From IMG/VR virus record IMGVR_UViG_3300032334_000450, positions 1 to 58,325 of that record: 58,325 nt of DNA, one strand, 5' to 3'. The notes beneath the pieces are model-generated. The model made no database searches, was not told where the DNA came from, and saw nothing but the letters and a program-made list of their open reading frames with translations. Of the stretch, positions 37,005-47,432 are shown piece after piece (the stretch's first letter is position 1; every line of letters starts with the position of its first letter). The position numbers and the translations under genes are program-made. Source of the DNA: a virus. Its lineage: Duplodnaviria; Caudoviricetes.

Positions 37005-38865
37005 TTTTAATAACATTGGCAAGGGTATTGAGGCTATTGCTGGAGCAAAACAGGCTGAGGACTTGGCTAAAGCCGCAAAGCCATACGAAAACAACATTAC
37101 CGAAGGCGCATATGGTGTTGGGCTAGCTCCTAGCCTGCAGAATGTTATTGGTGTACGGGATGAAGCTTTACAAGGCTTAGGCGAAGATGCTACACCAGAG
37201 CAACGCCAGCAAGTCATAGATCAGTACACACCCGCTATGTCCGAGTTAAGCCGACGCGTCGGCTTACAAGGCCCTGACTACACTGTCGGAGGTTATGGCC
37301 CTTCTTACGAAAGTAAAGATGCGGCTCGAATGGCGAATGCTGGATTACGTTCTGAAGCCCTTGCTAATGTCTATCGCCGCTATGGTGATGTGGAACGAGC
37401 TGATGCCTTAGAAGGCCGCGCTCTAGAGATGCGTCGTGGATTAGAAGCTGAGAACCGTGCAAGAACAGCGGAAAAACGTGCAGAAAAACAATTTGAAACT
37501 TCACAAGAAGAAGCTCGTTTGCGTATTAATAGAGAAACGCGTGAAGGCGATCAACTAAAAAAACTGGATGAGGTTGACACAGAAGCTGGCAGGTTTCTTA
37601 CAAACCGACTTACTGACCAAGAGGGCAATGTTAGAGCTGCAACCCCAGATGACATGCTTGCTCAATTGCAGCATCGCGCAACTTTGCTCCAGCAAAAGGG
37701 TTTAGGTAAGCACGCTACTGATGCGCTCAAAGATTACCAAAGCATTGCAGTTAACGCAATTCAATTACAAACCGCGGAGCGAAATGACGAACTTGTTCGT
37801 GTGTCCGGCGCTGTGAGCCAAGGCATATTTAAACCCGCTGCAGCGTTCTATGACAAATTTATTCATGATGGTGCTAAAACTACAGATATCGTCGAGAACA
37901 AGGACGGCTCTATAACTGTGTCTCGCGTACGTGACGACGGCGTCGCTTTGCCTGATACTAAGATTAAAAATAAGGAAGAACTTCTTGTAAGGCTCAACTC
38001 CTTCAAAGACCCATTGGCGCTGTACAACTACAGTAAAGATCAATTTGACCAAAATATGAAGGTCAAACAACTTGCAGTGTCTGAAGGACAGCTTAAAGTA
38101 TCTCAAGGACAGCTTAGCGTAGCTGAAGGTCAGTTGGGTGTCTCACAAGAAAATCTTAACATTACTAGGGAAAGAGAAGACCGTCTGGCCAAACCTATTC
38201 AGACCATGGTTGAAGACCTCAGAGGTGCCGGTCTTGATGTTAGCACTGCCGATATTAAAGCTTTAGCTAAGCTCGACAAACCCGAAAGCGCGGCGGTTAA
38301 AGCTCAAGCTGATGCCATTCTCAAAAGCATTGATCCCTTGCAACCCAAGTCGTTGGAAACTGCGCAGGCTAAGCTCAACGAGTTGTATAAAGGCGTAGCA
38401 CTGCAAGACCGCAATAAAACAATTGTGCAAGGACTTGTCCGCGCTAAGAAAGACGGTAACGAAGAAACCGCTATTGAAACCTTACGCTCAAACGGGATTG
38501 GTGAAGATACTATTGCTGGGTTGGCTAGAGAGGCAGGTATAACATATACACCATCTTCTACAGCGCGGCCTTCGGCACCGGCTTCTGCCCCTGCTACAGC
38601 GGCACCGGCTTCTGGTATTAACACATCCCGCACTGGTACTGTCGAAGCTAATCCATATGTTAATACTGCAGGTAAGCCAACTGGTTTAACTACGGGAGCG
38701 CCATCTATTGCTTCACAAGTACTTCCACAAGTTGCACAAACAGTAGAAAATACAGTAGGATCAGTGCCAGCCGCAACTCGGTATTTGCAAGGTAAAATTG
38801 ACCGAAAAGAACCACTAAGCACGACTGAAACTGCAAGAGCGAAAATGCTCGGCCTTATCAAATAA
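36994..38865 (+). CDS. internal virion/ejection protein
   Basis: helical ~620 aa between pilot-like and giant virion genes. Confidence 0.65.
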   Translation: MRLNFNNIGKGIEAIAGAKQAEDLAKAAKPYENNITEGAYGVGLAPSLQNVIGVRDEALQGLGEDATPEQRQQVIDQYTPAMSELSRRVGLQGPDYTVGGYGPSYESKDAARMANAGLRSEALANVYRRYGDVERADALEGRALEMRRGLEAENRARTAEKRAEKQFETSQEEARLRINRETREGDQLKKLDEVDTEAGRFLTNRLTDQEGNVRAATPDDMLAQLQHRATLLQQKGLGKHATDALKDYQSIAVNAIQLQTAERNDELVRVSGAVSQGIFKPAAAFYDKFIHDGAKTTDIVENKDGSITVSRVRDDGVALPDTKIKNKEELLVRLNSFKDPLALYNYSKDQFDQNMKVKQLAVSEGQLKVSQGQLSVAEGQLGVSQENLNITREREDRLAKPIQTMVEDLRGAGLDVSTADIKALAKLDKPESAAVKAQADAILKSIDPLQPKSLETAQAKLNELYKGVALQDRNKTIVQGLVRAKKDGNEETAIETLRSNGIGEDTIAGLAREAGITYTPSSTARPSAPASAPATAAPASGINTSRTGTVEANPYVNTAGKPTGLTTGAPSIASQVLPQVAQTVENTVGSVPAATRYLQGKIDRKEPLSTTETARAKMLGLIK

Positions 38866-38881
38866 TAGCAAGGTACTAAGC

Positions 38882-41800
38882 ATGGACTACTTCGACGGCC
38901 TTTTCTCTGATAGCGAACCGAAGAAAAAGAAGGAACGAGAAGTTGGTATTACTGGCTCGGCGGCTCCTAATTATTTTGGTAATTCTATTCTTCCAGATAG
39001 TTACTTTGCTAGCCAAGCACCAGTGCAACAGGAACGAGTAAACAACCCCGGTTTTATGTCCGATATCAAGCGGGCATCTGGGCAGTTTATTTCTGGTGCT
39101 GGTTCTACCTTGCGTGACATTGGCGCCGAGCAATTAGGCGGAGATATCGAACAGTACGGTGCCGGTATTGTTCGCCGTAACCCTAGCGAAATTAGTTCTT
39201 TTAGTGATGTCCTGTCACGCCCACTTACAACTGCTCGTGAAGCTGTTGGTGAAGTTGCCCCACAGGTAGGTCTTACTGTTGGTGGTCAGGTAGGTGGTCG
39301 TTTAGTTGGCGGTGCATTGGGCCTCCCGTTCGGCCCTGCAGGTGTTGCAGTTGGTCAACAGATTGGTGGTTTCGTAGGCGGTTTGTTACCTACTGCTGTG
39401 CAGACATATGGTGGTATCCGTTCTGAGCAACGTGAAAAAGGTATCGATGAAAAAGGTCGCGCCCTTGCGGTTACTATACCCGCTGCATTGCTTGAGCGTT
39501 TTGGCGGTGCGGAACGAGTTGCGCTAAGGGTTGCCGGAGAGGGCACAGAATTCTTAGCTCGTGAGTTGGGCTCTAACGCATATAAAGCGGCTGCTAAACA
39601 GTTTGCCCGTGGTGGTGTCGAAGAACTTGTCACTGAGATTCCACAGACAGCACTTGAGCGTTATGGTGTTAGTGGACAAGCTTCTGACCTTACTAGCGCC
39701 GAAGCATTAAACGAATATGGTGTTGCTGGTGCCAAAGCATTCCTAGGTGGCGGTGCTATCCGCACTGGTTTGTCTGTCGCTGCAGGCACACGCCCAGACC
39801 CGACCGTTACGATTCAACCTGACGGCACTATTACATCCAACCAACCATTGCCCGGTGCCGATGGTGAAGTCGACCTGACTAACCCAAACAACGTCATCAC
39901 AACTCCTGAAGCCGCGGCTAAAAAGCTTTCAGAATTTGATCCATATGCTGAGATAGCAGCCCGCGCAGCGGCCGGACGTCCTATGTCTGCTGAAGAAGCG
40001 ACGCAGTATCTGTCCTCATCTTTGGCTGCACAGAAAGCTGGTCAAGAATACATTGACCTCATGCAAAATCGTGAGGAGACTCTTGGCCGTATTGGACAAG
40101 TTGGTGAGCAGTACCAACGCATGATTGGTCGCCGTGGCGATCAGTTGCTTGGCGTCCAAGAAACCGGTGACTTGGCTCGTCCCATAGTGTCACGTCTGCA
40201 AGACGAAGCACAACAACAAGAAGCCCCATATATTGCAGCAGCTCAGGCCGGTGCGGGTGCACAACAACTTCCCGGCATGACTCAGGGTGCTGGGACGCAA
40301 GCTGATTTCTCTCGCATCATGAATCCCGATGTGATGCAGCCTATTGAACCACAAGGCTACGAGCCCCTTGCTCGTACTGACTTACTTCCCGCCCAGCCTG
40401 CTCCATTCAGCAACATGCGTTTGGACAGACCGGGCCCCCAAGAATCTCTTACTGGGCCTACAAGCCAACTTTCAGATCGCCCTGTTACACCAGAGCCTGC
40501 ACCAGTTTCTCCTTTGGTCGCGCAAGCTGCCACTTTGCCCTCCGCGCCAGCCGCGGGGGGCGTTTCTTCTACTCCTGCTACCACTACTACAAATGGCACT
40601 CAAACCACTCAAGCCAAGCAAACAAAAGCGAAAAAACAAAAAGCACCCATCACCGTTGGATCAGTCGTAAAGGTTAATGACAAAGAGATCACGCTCAGTC
40701 AAGAACAAGCTGACGCTTGGAATAAAGCTCAGGAAGCTTACGAGAGTAGAGCTCGTCGTGCCCGTGAATTGACTAACTACCAAGAGCGCGAGAGCGCCTT
40801 GCGTGGTGCCGGTATGCAATTGTCTGCGGAACGCAGAAAGATCACTGGTGCATTGACCGCCAAAGAACAGCAAGCCGCTAACCGCGTTGCAGATAGACAA
40901 ACCGCCGAGCAAAAGGCTCAGGACGATATGGGCCTGACCGCCGCCCTACAGACTGCAAACCGTACGAATGTTGCAAATAATCCACTGCAAGCTGGTGTCC
41001 AAGGCGCAGAAAAGAAACCTGTACCGGGCAAAACTTCATTGACCGTTAACTCGCTGCGCAACATTCGTGATGCGCTGTTAAACCCATCCGCAACAGTTGA
41101 AGGTATCAGCGATAAAGAGCAGAAGATTGCTGACGCTGTGCGTGCATTCGCCAAGTCTTACTACAAGTTCAGCAACGCTGGCGGCAACATGCTTCGCGGT
41201 GTGCCAACAGAGACTCCAATTCTGGATGAGAACGGTAGAGTAGTTAAAGAAGACGGGGAAACCGTATACAAGCCGACAAAGCTGGCTGGTCAAACCCCTG
41301 CAGAACAACGTGGGCAGGTTAAAGCTAAAACTGGTGGACGCGTAAAGACTACGCTAGACCAACTCGAACAAACACGTCAAGCCCTTGCGGGGCTGGGCGA
41401 AGCCGTTGGTGGGAACGCCAAGGACGTTGAAGCTATCGTCAAGCTCGTCAAAGATATGGTGCAGCAGAAGTTGCATACTCAATTCAACGACGAGGGTATG
41501 AACGAAGACTTCGGCCAAAAAACAGCAGAGCGCAAAGACGGTAGAGACCCAACTGATGTGGCATTTGAAAAAATGGACACCATGCTGTCGCAAGGGTGGA
41601 GAGCTGCCAAGGACAATATGTTCCAAGGTGAATCCGATGCTGCCTTTGTTCGTCAGACACCAATTAGAAACTCTGCAGAAGCCACGGCCGCAGGCGTAGA
41701 ACAAACGCCGCTAGAAGAAGCCGCAAAAGGAACCACTACGTTTGGTAGCGGTAAACCCGCGACTGGTATCTTAGGCGTGCTTCGCTATATTAGGAACAGT

Positions 41801-44800
41801 GGTACGCCGTTCGAGAGGACGATCGCCAAAGGTGTGTTTGAGTCTTTATACGACAGCGACACCGCGCCTAAGCTTGAGTTTATTACTGAGGGTAAACCCT
41901 ACTACGACCCTAAGACCAACACAGTCTATATCCAACGCGATGCGTCTGCGGCGGTTACATTGCACGAAGCGTTGCATGCTGCATTGCAGTGGTATGTTTA
42001 TCAGAACCCAGACGCACCAGAAGTTCGTGCGCTGAAAGCTTCTCTCAAGCAGGTTGTTAACTTTAAAGGCCAACTGAGCCCTGACGCCAAGCGCGTGCAG
42101 GACGTACTCAAGACGCTGATGAAGGACAAGAAGGAACTCGACGCTGTTTTGGAATTGATTTCCTACGGCAACACCCTTAACGACTTCCGTCGCGCACTGG
42201 AAGCTATGGACAGCACCGAGGCTCCCAAGTCTTTTTACAACGCGGCTAGTAACATCTGGCAAGCAATTCTGACGACTGTGCAGAAGCTCGTTGGTGTTCG
42301 TCCCTCCGTTGCCGCCGATGTGATCGGCAACACGTTCAAGCTGCTTGAAGCCGCTGGTGCTGGCAAGAAGGGCGAGGCTGTTGGTAATAAGCTCGAGTCA
42401 AAGATCAGCACGCTTACTGACGCGTTTAAGAATTGGTTCAAAGATAGCAAAGTTGTTGACAACGACGGCAATCCGTTAGTTGTGTACCATGGTACAAGCG
42501 CTAGTTTCAACACGTTTGAAAAAGAAATGCTCGGTGCGGCAACGGGTGCCCCATCAGCGAAGCTAGGTTTCTTCTTTGCAGGAGACCCAAGCACCTCGGC
42601 TGAGTACGCCAAGAACGCGAGAAGCACAAGAACACAGAGCCCTGCAGAAGCGGAAATTTCTTATCTGCGTAAAGACCTTGCACGTTATCGGAAAGGTCTA
42701 TCTGAAGCCACAGCACAAAGAGACCCAAATTCTCCTGAAGGTAAATCTTTGCGCGAACGCCAAACAAAGTACCGCGCTAAGAGACTTGAAGAAGCAAAGC
42801 TAAAGCTAAAGAAAAACCCTAGCGATTCGCTCGCTAAATGGGAAACTGAGAACTACGCTAAAGAGCTCCCAGAAACAAGCTACGTAGCTATTGCTGAATC
42901 CTCCGTCCGAGAGTACACGGAAAGTATAGCCAACGCTGAAAAGAAACTGAAAGCTTTAGAAGCTGAAGTCGCCGCAAATGAGAAGACAATCGGGCAACGC
43001 GCTGGCGAGAACATCATGCCCGTGTACATCAGCTTGCAGAATCCGCTCATCATGGATCAGAAGGGTGCTAAGTACCGCATCATGTCGTACCGTGACACAA
43101 TCATAAAAGCTAAGCGTGATGGACACGATGGTGTAATCATCAAGAACACATATGATGGCAAGGCACAGCCTAGCTGGGTACAGCGTTTGATCGCCAAATG
43201 GCGTAAAGAAGACGTACCATCAGACACAATCTACATTGCGTTCGAGCCAAACCAGATCAAGTCTGCGATCGGCAACAACGGTAACTATGACCCTAACTCT
43301 AACAACATTCTCGAAGCCGCTGTTGAAAGCACTGGTACAACACAAGGTAAAGTCGACCCACAAGACTACCGCATCTATAACAAGAAGGTTGCACCTGCAG
43401 CCCTGAGCACTAAGTTTGTGTTCGACCTTATCGGTTGGCAACGTGGTGTTGAAAAAGTAAGTGATCTGTCTTCTAAACTCGCAACGGTGATCCGAAAAGA
43501 TTTCCCTATTGCCGAGCGTTATATTACATACGTAAATTCTACGTTTGGTGCAAATGCTCCTACCATTGATGCGATGCGCGATTTCAAAATTGATAAAAAT
43601 ACTGGTTATCAGCGTATGGAGCAGTTGGCTAACTTTGTTGAATCACGTAGCGCCGAAGAAGCCAATGCTATTTTCGATTATCTCGACGGAAACAAAAAAG
43701 CACTGGATAAATTCACCGACGCTGATAAAATTAAAGAGATCGCGGACTCCGTCGACAAGAGCATGGCGTTATACATTTCACAGCTCCCAGAAAAAGATAA
43801 GGCGTATTTCGAAGGCACTAAGTTTTCTGAATCACTGTTGTTCGCAGGTAACACTAACCAAGTTGCAAGTCATACTTTTGGTGCACGTAAACTTAGCGAG
43901 ATTATTGGTTTGCAGCACCGGTACGAAGGAACAATAGAAGGCTTTCAGCACTGGATGGGCGTTGACAAGAACGGTGACGTAGATATAACTGGCCCTTTCT
44001 ACCAAGTGTTCGGCCCCAATATTAAAGACCCTGCTGGCCCACCAGTGCCACAAGGATACATGTCGATCAAGGAATTTAATGCTAAGGGTAATCCCGTAGG
44101 CTTTACAGTTGATCCATCACGCCAATGGCGTATCTCTGGGAAGAAAGGCGAAGGCTACAAGTTCACGTCAAACATGACTGCCCAACAAGCCATCCTTGAG
44201 AAGAAAGTTACTTCACTTGCTAATGCAATGCGTAACACCATGGCCGCACTTGCCAATAACTACGCATCCCGCAACTTCTCAAAGGCCGCGGCGCAAATTG
44301 GTTATGAAAATGGCGAACCTACTGCGTTAAGTGTGGCGTTTGATTCTATTGCTGATGTAAAGAAAGTGTTTGGTAGTGCTCCGGACGAAAGCCAGATTCT
44401 TAATATATCTAAAGACGAGTCTAAAACACCGCAGATTGCTGACCTGTATAGAAACTCAAATACATGGGTTCGTATCCCCAATGTCCCTGCTTATGGTGAT
44501 CTTGCAGGGAAGATAATGCCCGGCCCAGTGTGGAGTGCTATGACTGACATGTCTGATCGTAAGCCATTAGTTTCATTCCGTGCGTACAACGGGATGATGC
44601 GTTGGTTTAAAAAGTCTAAGACCGTGTACAACCCCGGGACACACATCACGAATATTGCATCCAACGTAACACTAGCCATGATGCATGACATTCCCGTCAG
44701 CACTATTGGTTCTGCAGCTAAATTATTTGCTAAGTACGAGCTTAACGCCAAAAACCTGACTAAGACTGAACTGGCGATCATGTCTGAGTTTATGAATTCT

Positions 44801-46000
44801 GGTGCCATGCTTGGCGACTATTCCAGTGCTGAAGTTAAAGAAGCTATATACAAAGCATGGAGTGAAAATCTTTCACAGCCAACTGACACATCATTGATGC
44901 AACGTCTTAAGATGTTTACAGGTTACGAAAAGTCCAAGGCTGAAATGGGCGTTAAACTGGCTACTAAATATGGAAACAAAATAGACAATATCGCCACTGA
45001 GTTATATGCCGCAGAGGATAACGTGTTCCGCCTTGCAGCGTTCATGAAAAAGGTCGGCGAACTGCAAGAGAAAAACAACGAGAAATCGCCTTCTGCAGAA
45101 ACCTATAAGAACAGTGGTAGCTTTGCTCGTGAAGCGTTCCTAGATTACGACATCGACTCTAAAGCTGTGCGTCTTCTCCGTCAGTCATTCCTGCCGTTTG
45201 TGTCATGGTTATACGCGATTACACCCGTCATAGGACGCATAGCTATGCACCAACCATGGAAGATTGCTAATGTAATGATGGTCTACTACCTAATCGATGC
45301 AGCTATGGCATCCGCTGCAGGCGATGATGATGAGGAAAAGCGAAAGCAAGGGCCTGAATATGTCCGTGAGCGCATGTTTGGTATCGGCCCTTACACTCAT
45401 ATACGCATTCCGTTTATGGGCGACGACAAGAACCCTGTGTACTACCGTTTAGGCGACTATGTACCTATGGCGTCCGCGGCTAAGGGATTGCCTAATGGTT
45501 TTATGGGGCAGTCGTGGTTCCCCGGAGCTTTGACCCCTAGTGGTCCCATGGTTTCTGCTGTCATAGGTCTTGTCGGAGGTGTTGACCCATATACTGGCAA
45601 GTCAATCCATAAACCAACGGACTCCGACTGGGATAAGTTTGTGAACGCCGGTATGTTTGCGTATGACATTATCACGCCACCCGCTGTTAGTAGTAAGCAG
45701 CTTAAGTCTATAGTTGATATTGCAAATGAAAAGACAGGCCCAACTGGAGCACCAGTTAGCGACCTTGCAATTGCGCGTACATTTGGCCTTAAGTTGTATG
45801 AGTTTAATGTCGACGAAGCTGCATACTACCGCAGCGTGGAGATTCGCAAACTGCAACGTGACTATAAAGCCGCGATGAATAAGGCCGCTCGAGAGGAATA
45901 CCGCAAAGGCTATCCTGACCCAGCCGCACTGGAAAAAGAACTTGGCGGTTTACGAGAGCGTATGCTTGAAGCTATTGATAAAGCACGAGGAGAAGAGTAA
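38882..46000 (+). CDS. giant polyvalent internal virion protein (zincin metallopeptidase + ART-like domain)
   Basis: 2372 aa; G-rich membrane-like N-terminal segment; LHEALHA; FKNWF..SKVVD..GNPLVVYHGT...GHDGVII...FEPNQIKSAIGNNG. Confidence 0.85.
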   Translation: MDYFDGLFSDSEPKKKKEREVGITGSAAPNYFGNSILPDSYFASQAPVQQERVNNPGFMSDIKRASGQFISGAGSTLRDIGAEQLGGDIEQYGAGIVRRNPSEISSFSDVLSRPLTTAREAVGEVAPQVGLTVGGQVGGRLVGGALGLPFGPAGVAVGQQIGGFVGGLLPTAVQTYGGIRSEQREKGIDEKGRALAVTIPAALLERFGGAERVALRVAGEGTEFLARELGSNAYKAAAKQFARGGVEELVTEIPQTALERYGVSGQASDLTSAEALNEYGVAGAKAFLGGGAIRTGLSVAAGTRPDPTVTIQPDGTITSNQPLPGADGEVDLTNPNNVITTPEAAAKKLSEFDPYAEIAARAAAGRPMSAEEATQYLSSSLAAQKAGQEYIDLMQNREETLGRIGQVGEQYQRMIGRRGDQLLGVQETGDLARPIVSRLQDEAQQQEAPYIAAAQAGAGAQQLPGMTQGAGTQADFSRIMNPDVMQPIEPQGYEPLARTDLLPAQPAPFSNMRLDRPGPQESLTGPTSQLSDRPVTPEPAPVSPLVAQAATLPSAPAAGGVSSTPATTTTNGTQTTQAKQTKAKKQKAPITVGSVVKVNDKEITLSQEQADAWNKAQEAYESRARRARELTNYQERESALRGAGMQLSAERRKITGALTAKEQQAANRVADRQTAEQKAQDDMGLTAALQTANRTNVANNPLQAGVQGAEKKPVPGKTSLTVNSLRNIRDALLNPSATVEGISDKEQKIADAVRAFAKSYYKFSNAGGNMLRGVPTETPILDENGRVVKEDGETVYKPTKLAGQTPAEQRGQVKAKTGGRVKTTLDQLEQTRQALAGLGEAVGGNAKDVEAIVKLVKDMVQQKLHTQFNDEGMNEDFGQKTAERKDGRDPTDVAFEKMDTMLSQGWRAAKDNMFQGESDAAFVRQTPIRNSAEATAAGVEQTPLEEAAKGTTTFGSGKPATGILGVLRYIRNSGTPFERTIAKGVFESLYDSDTAPKLEFITEGKPYYDPKTNTVYIQRDASAAVTLHEALHAALQWYVYQNPDAPEVRALKASLKQVVNFKGQLSPDAKRVQDVLKTLMKDKKELDAVLELISYGNTLNDFRRALEAMDSTEAPKSFYNAASNIWQAILTTVQKLVGVRPSVAADVIGNTFKLLEAAGAGKKGEAVGNKLESKISTLTDAFKNWFKDSKVVDNDGNPLVVYHGTSASFNTFEKEMLGAATGAPSAKLGFFFAGDPSTSAEYAKNARSTRTQSPAEAEISYLRKDLARYRKGLSEATAQRDPNSPEGKSLRERQTKYRAKRLEEAKLKLKKNPSDSLAKWETENYAKELPETSYVAIAESSVREYTESIANAEKKLKALEAEVAANEKTIGQRAGENIMPVYISLQNPLIMDQKGAKYRIMSYRDTIIKAKRDGHDGVIIKNTYDGKAQPSWVQRLIAKWRKEDVPSDTIYIAFEPNQIKSAIGNNGNYDPNSNNILEAAVESTGTTQGKVDPQDYRIYNKKVAPAALSTKFVFDLIGWQRGVEKVSDLSSKLATVIRKDFPIAERYITYVNSTFGANAPTIDAMRDFKIDKNTGYQRMEQLANFVESRSAEEANAIFDYLDGNKKALDKFTDADKIKEIADSVDKSMALYISQLPEKDKAYFEGTKFSESLLFAGNTNQVASHTFGARKLSEIIGLQHRYEGTIEGFQHWMGVDKNGDVDITGPFYQVFGPNIKDPAGPPVPQGYMSIKEFNAKGNPVGFTVDPSRQWRISGKKGEGYKFTSNMTAQQAILEKKVTSLANAMRNTMAALANNYASRNFSKAAAQIGYENGEPTALSVAFDSIADVKKVFGSAPDESQILNISKDESKTPQIADLYRNSNTWVRIPNVPAYGDLAGKIMPGPVWSAMTDMSDRKPLVSFRAYNGMMRWFKKSKTVYNPGTHITNIASNVTLAMMHDIPVSTIGSAAKLFAKYELNAKNLTKTELAIMSEFMNSGAMLGDYSSAEVKEAIYKAWSENLSQPTDTSLMQRLKMFTGYEKSKAEMGVKLATKYGNKIDNIATELYAAEDNVFRLAAFMKKVGELQEKNNEKSPSAETYKNSGSFAREAFLDYDIDSKAVRLLRQSFLPFVSWLYAITPVIGRIAMHQPWKIANVMMVYYLIDAAMASAAGDDDEEKRKQGPEYVRERMFGIGPYTHIRIPFMGDDKNPVYYRLGDYVPMASAAKGLPNGFMGQSWFPGALTPSGPMVSAVIGLVGGVDPYTGKSIHKPTDSDWDKFVNAGMFAYDIITPPAVSSKQLKSIVDIANEKTGPTGAPVSDLAIARTFGLKLYEFNVDEAAYYRSVEIRKLQRDYKAAMNKAAREEYRKGYPDPAALEKELGGLRERMLEAIDKARGEE

Positions 46001-46263
46001 TGGCAACTAAAGACCCAAGACTAACAAGAGCAGGTGTGTCAGGTTACAACAAGCCCAAGGCTACACCTAACCACCCTACCAAAAGCCACGTAGTTGTGGC
46101 AAAATCTGGCGACCAAGTGAAGACAATTCATTTCGGTCAACAAGGAGTTAAGGGCAGCCCTGACGGGTCTGCTCGAAACGAGGCGTTCAAGGCGCGTCAC
46201 GCCAAGAACATTGCAAAAGGCAAAATGTCAGCCGCCTATTGGGCCGACAAAGTTAAATGGTGA
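46000..46263 (+). CDS. small basic conserved phage protein
   Basis: GVSGYNKPK.TP.HPTKSH...FGQQG...FKARH...SAAYWADKVKW. Confidence 0.85.
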   Translation: MATKDPRLTRAGVSGYNKPKATPNHPTKSHVVVAKSGDQVKTIHFGQQGVKGSPDGSARNEAFKARHAKNIAKGKMSAAYWADKVKW

Positions 46264-46268
46264 ACATT

Positions 46269-46415
46269 ATGGCTACAAAGAAAATGAACCCCTTCGGCAA
46301 AGGCGAATCCAAGAAAATGGAAGCCGCTGAAAAGAAAATGGCTCCTAGCAAAAAAGCTTATGCTGCAATGGAGAAGAAATATGAGCCCGGTATGCACAAG
46401 GGTAAGAAGAAATGA
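46269..46415 (+). CDS. 48-aa Lys/Met-rich protein
   Basis: translated by hand: MATKKMNPFGKGESKKMEAAEKK...GKKK. Confidence 0.7.
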   Translation: MATKKMNPFGKGESKKMEAAEKKMAPSKKAYAAMEKKYEPGMHKGKKK

Positions 46416-46558
46416 AACCCGGTCTCTATGCCAACATTAATGCAAAACAGGAACGTATAAAAAACGGCTCCGGTGAAAAGATGCGTAAGGTTGGTAGTAA
46501 AGGTGCCCCAACTAAAGCTGACTTCATCAAGTCTGCGAAGACTGCGAAGAAGAAATAA
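46412..46558 (+). CDS. 48-aa basic protein (KPGLYANI type)
   Basis: translated by hand: MKPGLYANINAKQERIKNGSGEKMRKVGSKGAPTKADFIKSAKTAKKK; ATGA overlap. Confidence 0.8.
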   Translation: MKPGLYANINAKQERIKNGSGEKMRKVGSKGAPTKADFIKSAKTAKKK

Positions 46559-46560
46559 TC

Positions 46561-46719
46561 ATGCCGTTTAAATCTGATAAGCAAGCCAACATGATGCGTG
46601 CCGCTATGCACGATACAAAGTTTGCAAAGAAGGTTGGCGTGTCTGTTAAGACAGCAACTAAACTTGTGCGTGATGACCAGAAAGCTCGCGGCGTAAAGCC
46701 AAAAGCAAAGACCAAATAA
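46561..46719 (+). CDS. 52-aa basic protein (MPFKS.KQ...FAKKVGV type)
   Basis: translated by hand; followed directly by terminator. Confidence 0.75.
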   Translation: MPFKSDKQANMMRAAMHDTKFAKKVGVSVKTATKLVRDDQKARGVKPKAKTK

Positions 46720-46738
46720 GGAGCTTCGGCTCCTTTTT
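46718..46738 (+). terminator. intrinsic terminator ending late operon
   Basis: GGAGC-TTCG-GCTCC-TTTTT. Confidence 0.85.
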
Positions 46739-46806
46739 GTTGTCACAATTCCGACGTAGTATTGATCTGCAACCGATGTGGTTGTTTACCTTTTTAGGGA
46801 TATATC

Positions 46807-47046
46807 ATGAAATTCGAGATGGAATTTGGTTGGTTAAACAACAACAAGATCAGTATTGAGACACACGACTTTGATGTCATTAGCATCTTCCAAGAGTTCG
46901 TGCGTTTCCAAGAAGCATACGGCTGGGCTGTTGAGTACGTAGCTGTCGAAGATATTGACTTTGAAGATGAAGACGAAGAAGACACCGAAGAAGAGATTGA
47001 CGGTGACATTGCTGCAGCTTCTGAAGAAGCCGCTGACAAAGAGTGA
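46807..47046 (+). CDS. very acidic small protein
   Basis: 79 aa with long D/E tract; AGGGA RBS. Confidence 0.8.
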   Translation: MKFEMEFGWLNNNKISIETHDFDVISIFQEFVRFQEAYGWAVEYVAVEDIDFEDEDEEDTEEEIDGDIAAASEEAADKE

Positions 47047-47048
47047 TA

Positions 47049-47432
47049 TCAGGGGGCTCCGGCCCCCTTCTTCTTGGCCTTTTTGTTTTTGGTTTCACGT
47101 TCTTCGTGATGGTGTATGCGGTGGCAGTTTGCACAGAGCACTATGCACTTTTTAACTTCTTCCATGGCTCTCTTAAAAGCACGGTACTTTACTAAGCGAT
47201 TGACCGAGACTTCCTTGGTGCTGCTGTCGATGTGATGAAAGTCAAAAGTGGCAGGATGGTTTTCTCCGCACTTTACGCACGATAGAGTGGCTTTGTACTC
47301 ACGCCACTGCTCTTTATATTTTTTAACCGACGCCTTAGTTGCAGCAAGTACAGTAGCCTTGTTCTTCTCATAGTACGTACTTTGGTACTGCCTATTTTTT
47401 TGCTTGCGAACTTCGGGGTCTTTATATGGCAT
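47049..47432 (-). CDS. HNH endonuclease-like protein
   Basis: CVKCG...FDFHH...KCIVLCANCHRIHH. Confidence 0.85.
   Translation of the reverse strand: MPYKDPEVRKQKNRQYQSTYYEKNKATVLAATKASVKKYKEQWREYKATLSCVKCGENHPATFDFHHIDSSTKEVSVNRLVKYRAFKRAMEEVKKCIVLCANCHRIHHHEERETKNKKAKKKGAGAP
47052..47085 (+). terminator. possible terminator at convergence point
   Basis: GGGGGC-TCCG-GCCCCC followed by pyrimidine-rich tract; overlaps 3' end of HNH gene. Confidence 0.45.

Noticed and set aside
44089-44104. Partial match TAATCCCGTAGG to the repeat
   Set aside because: Right arm has several mismatches and lies in coding sequence; compatible with chance.
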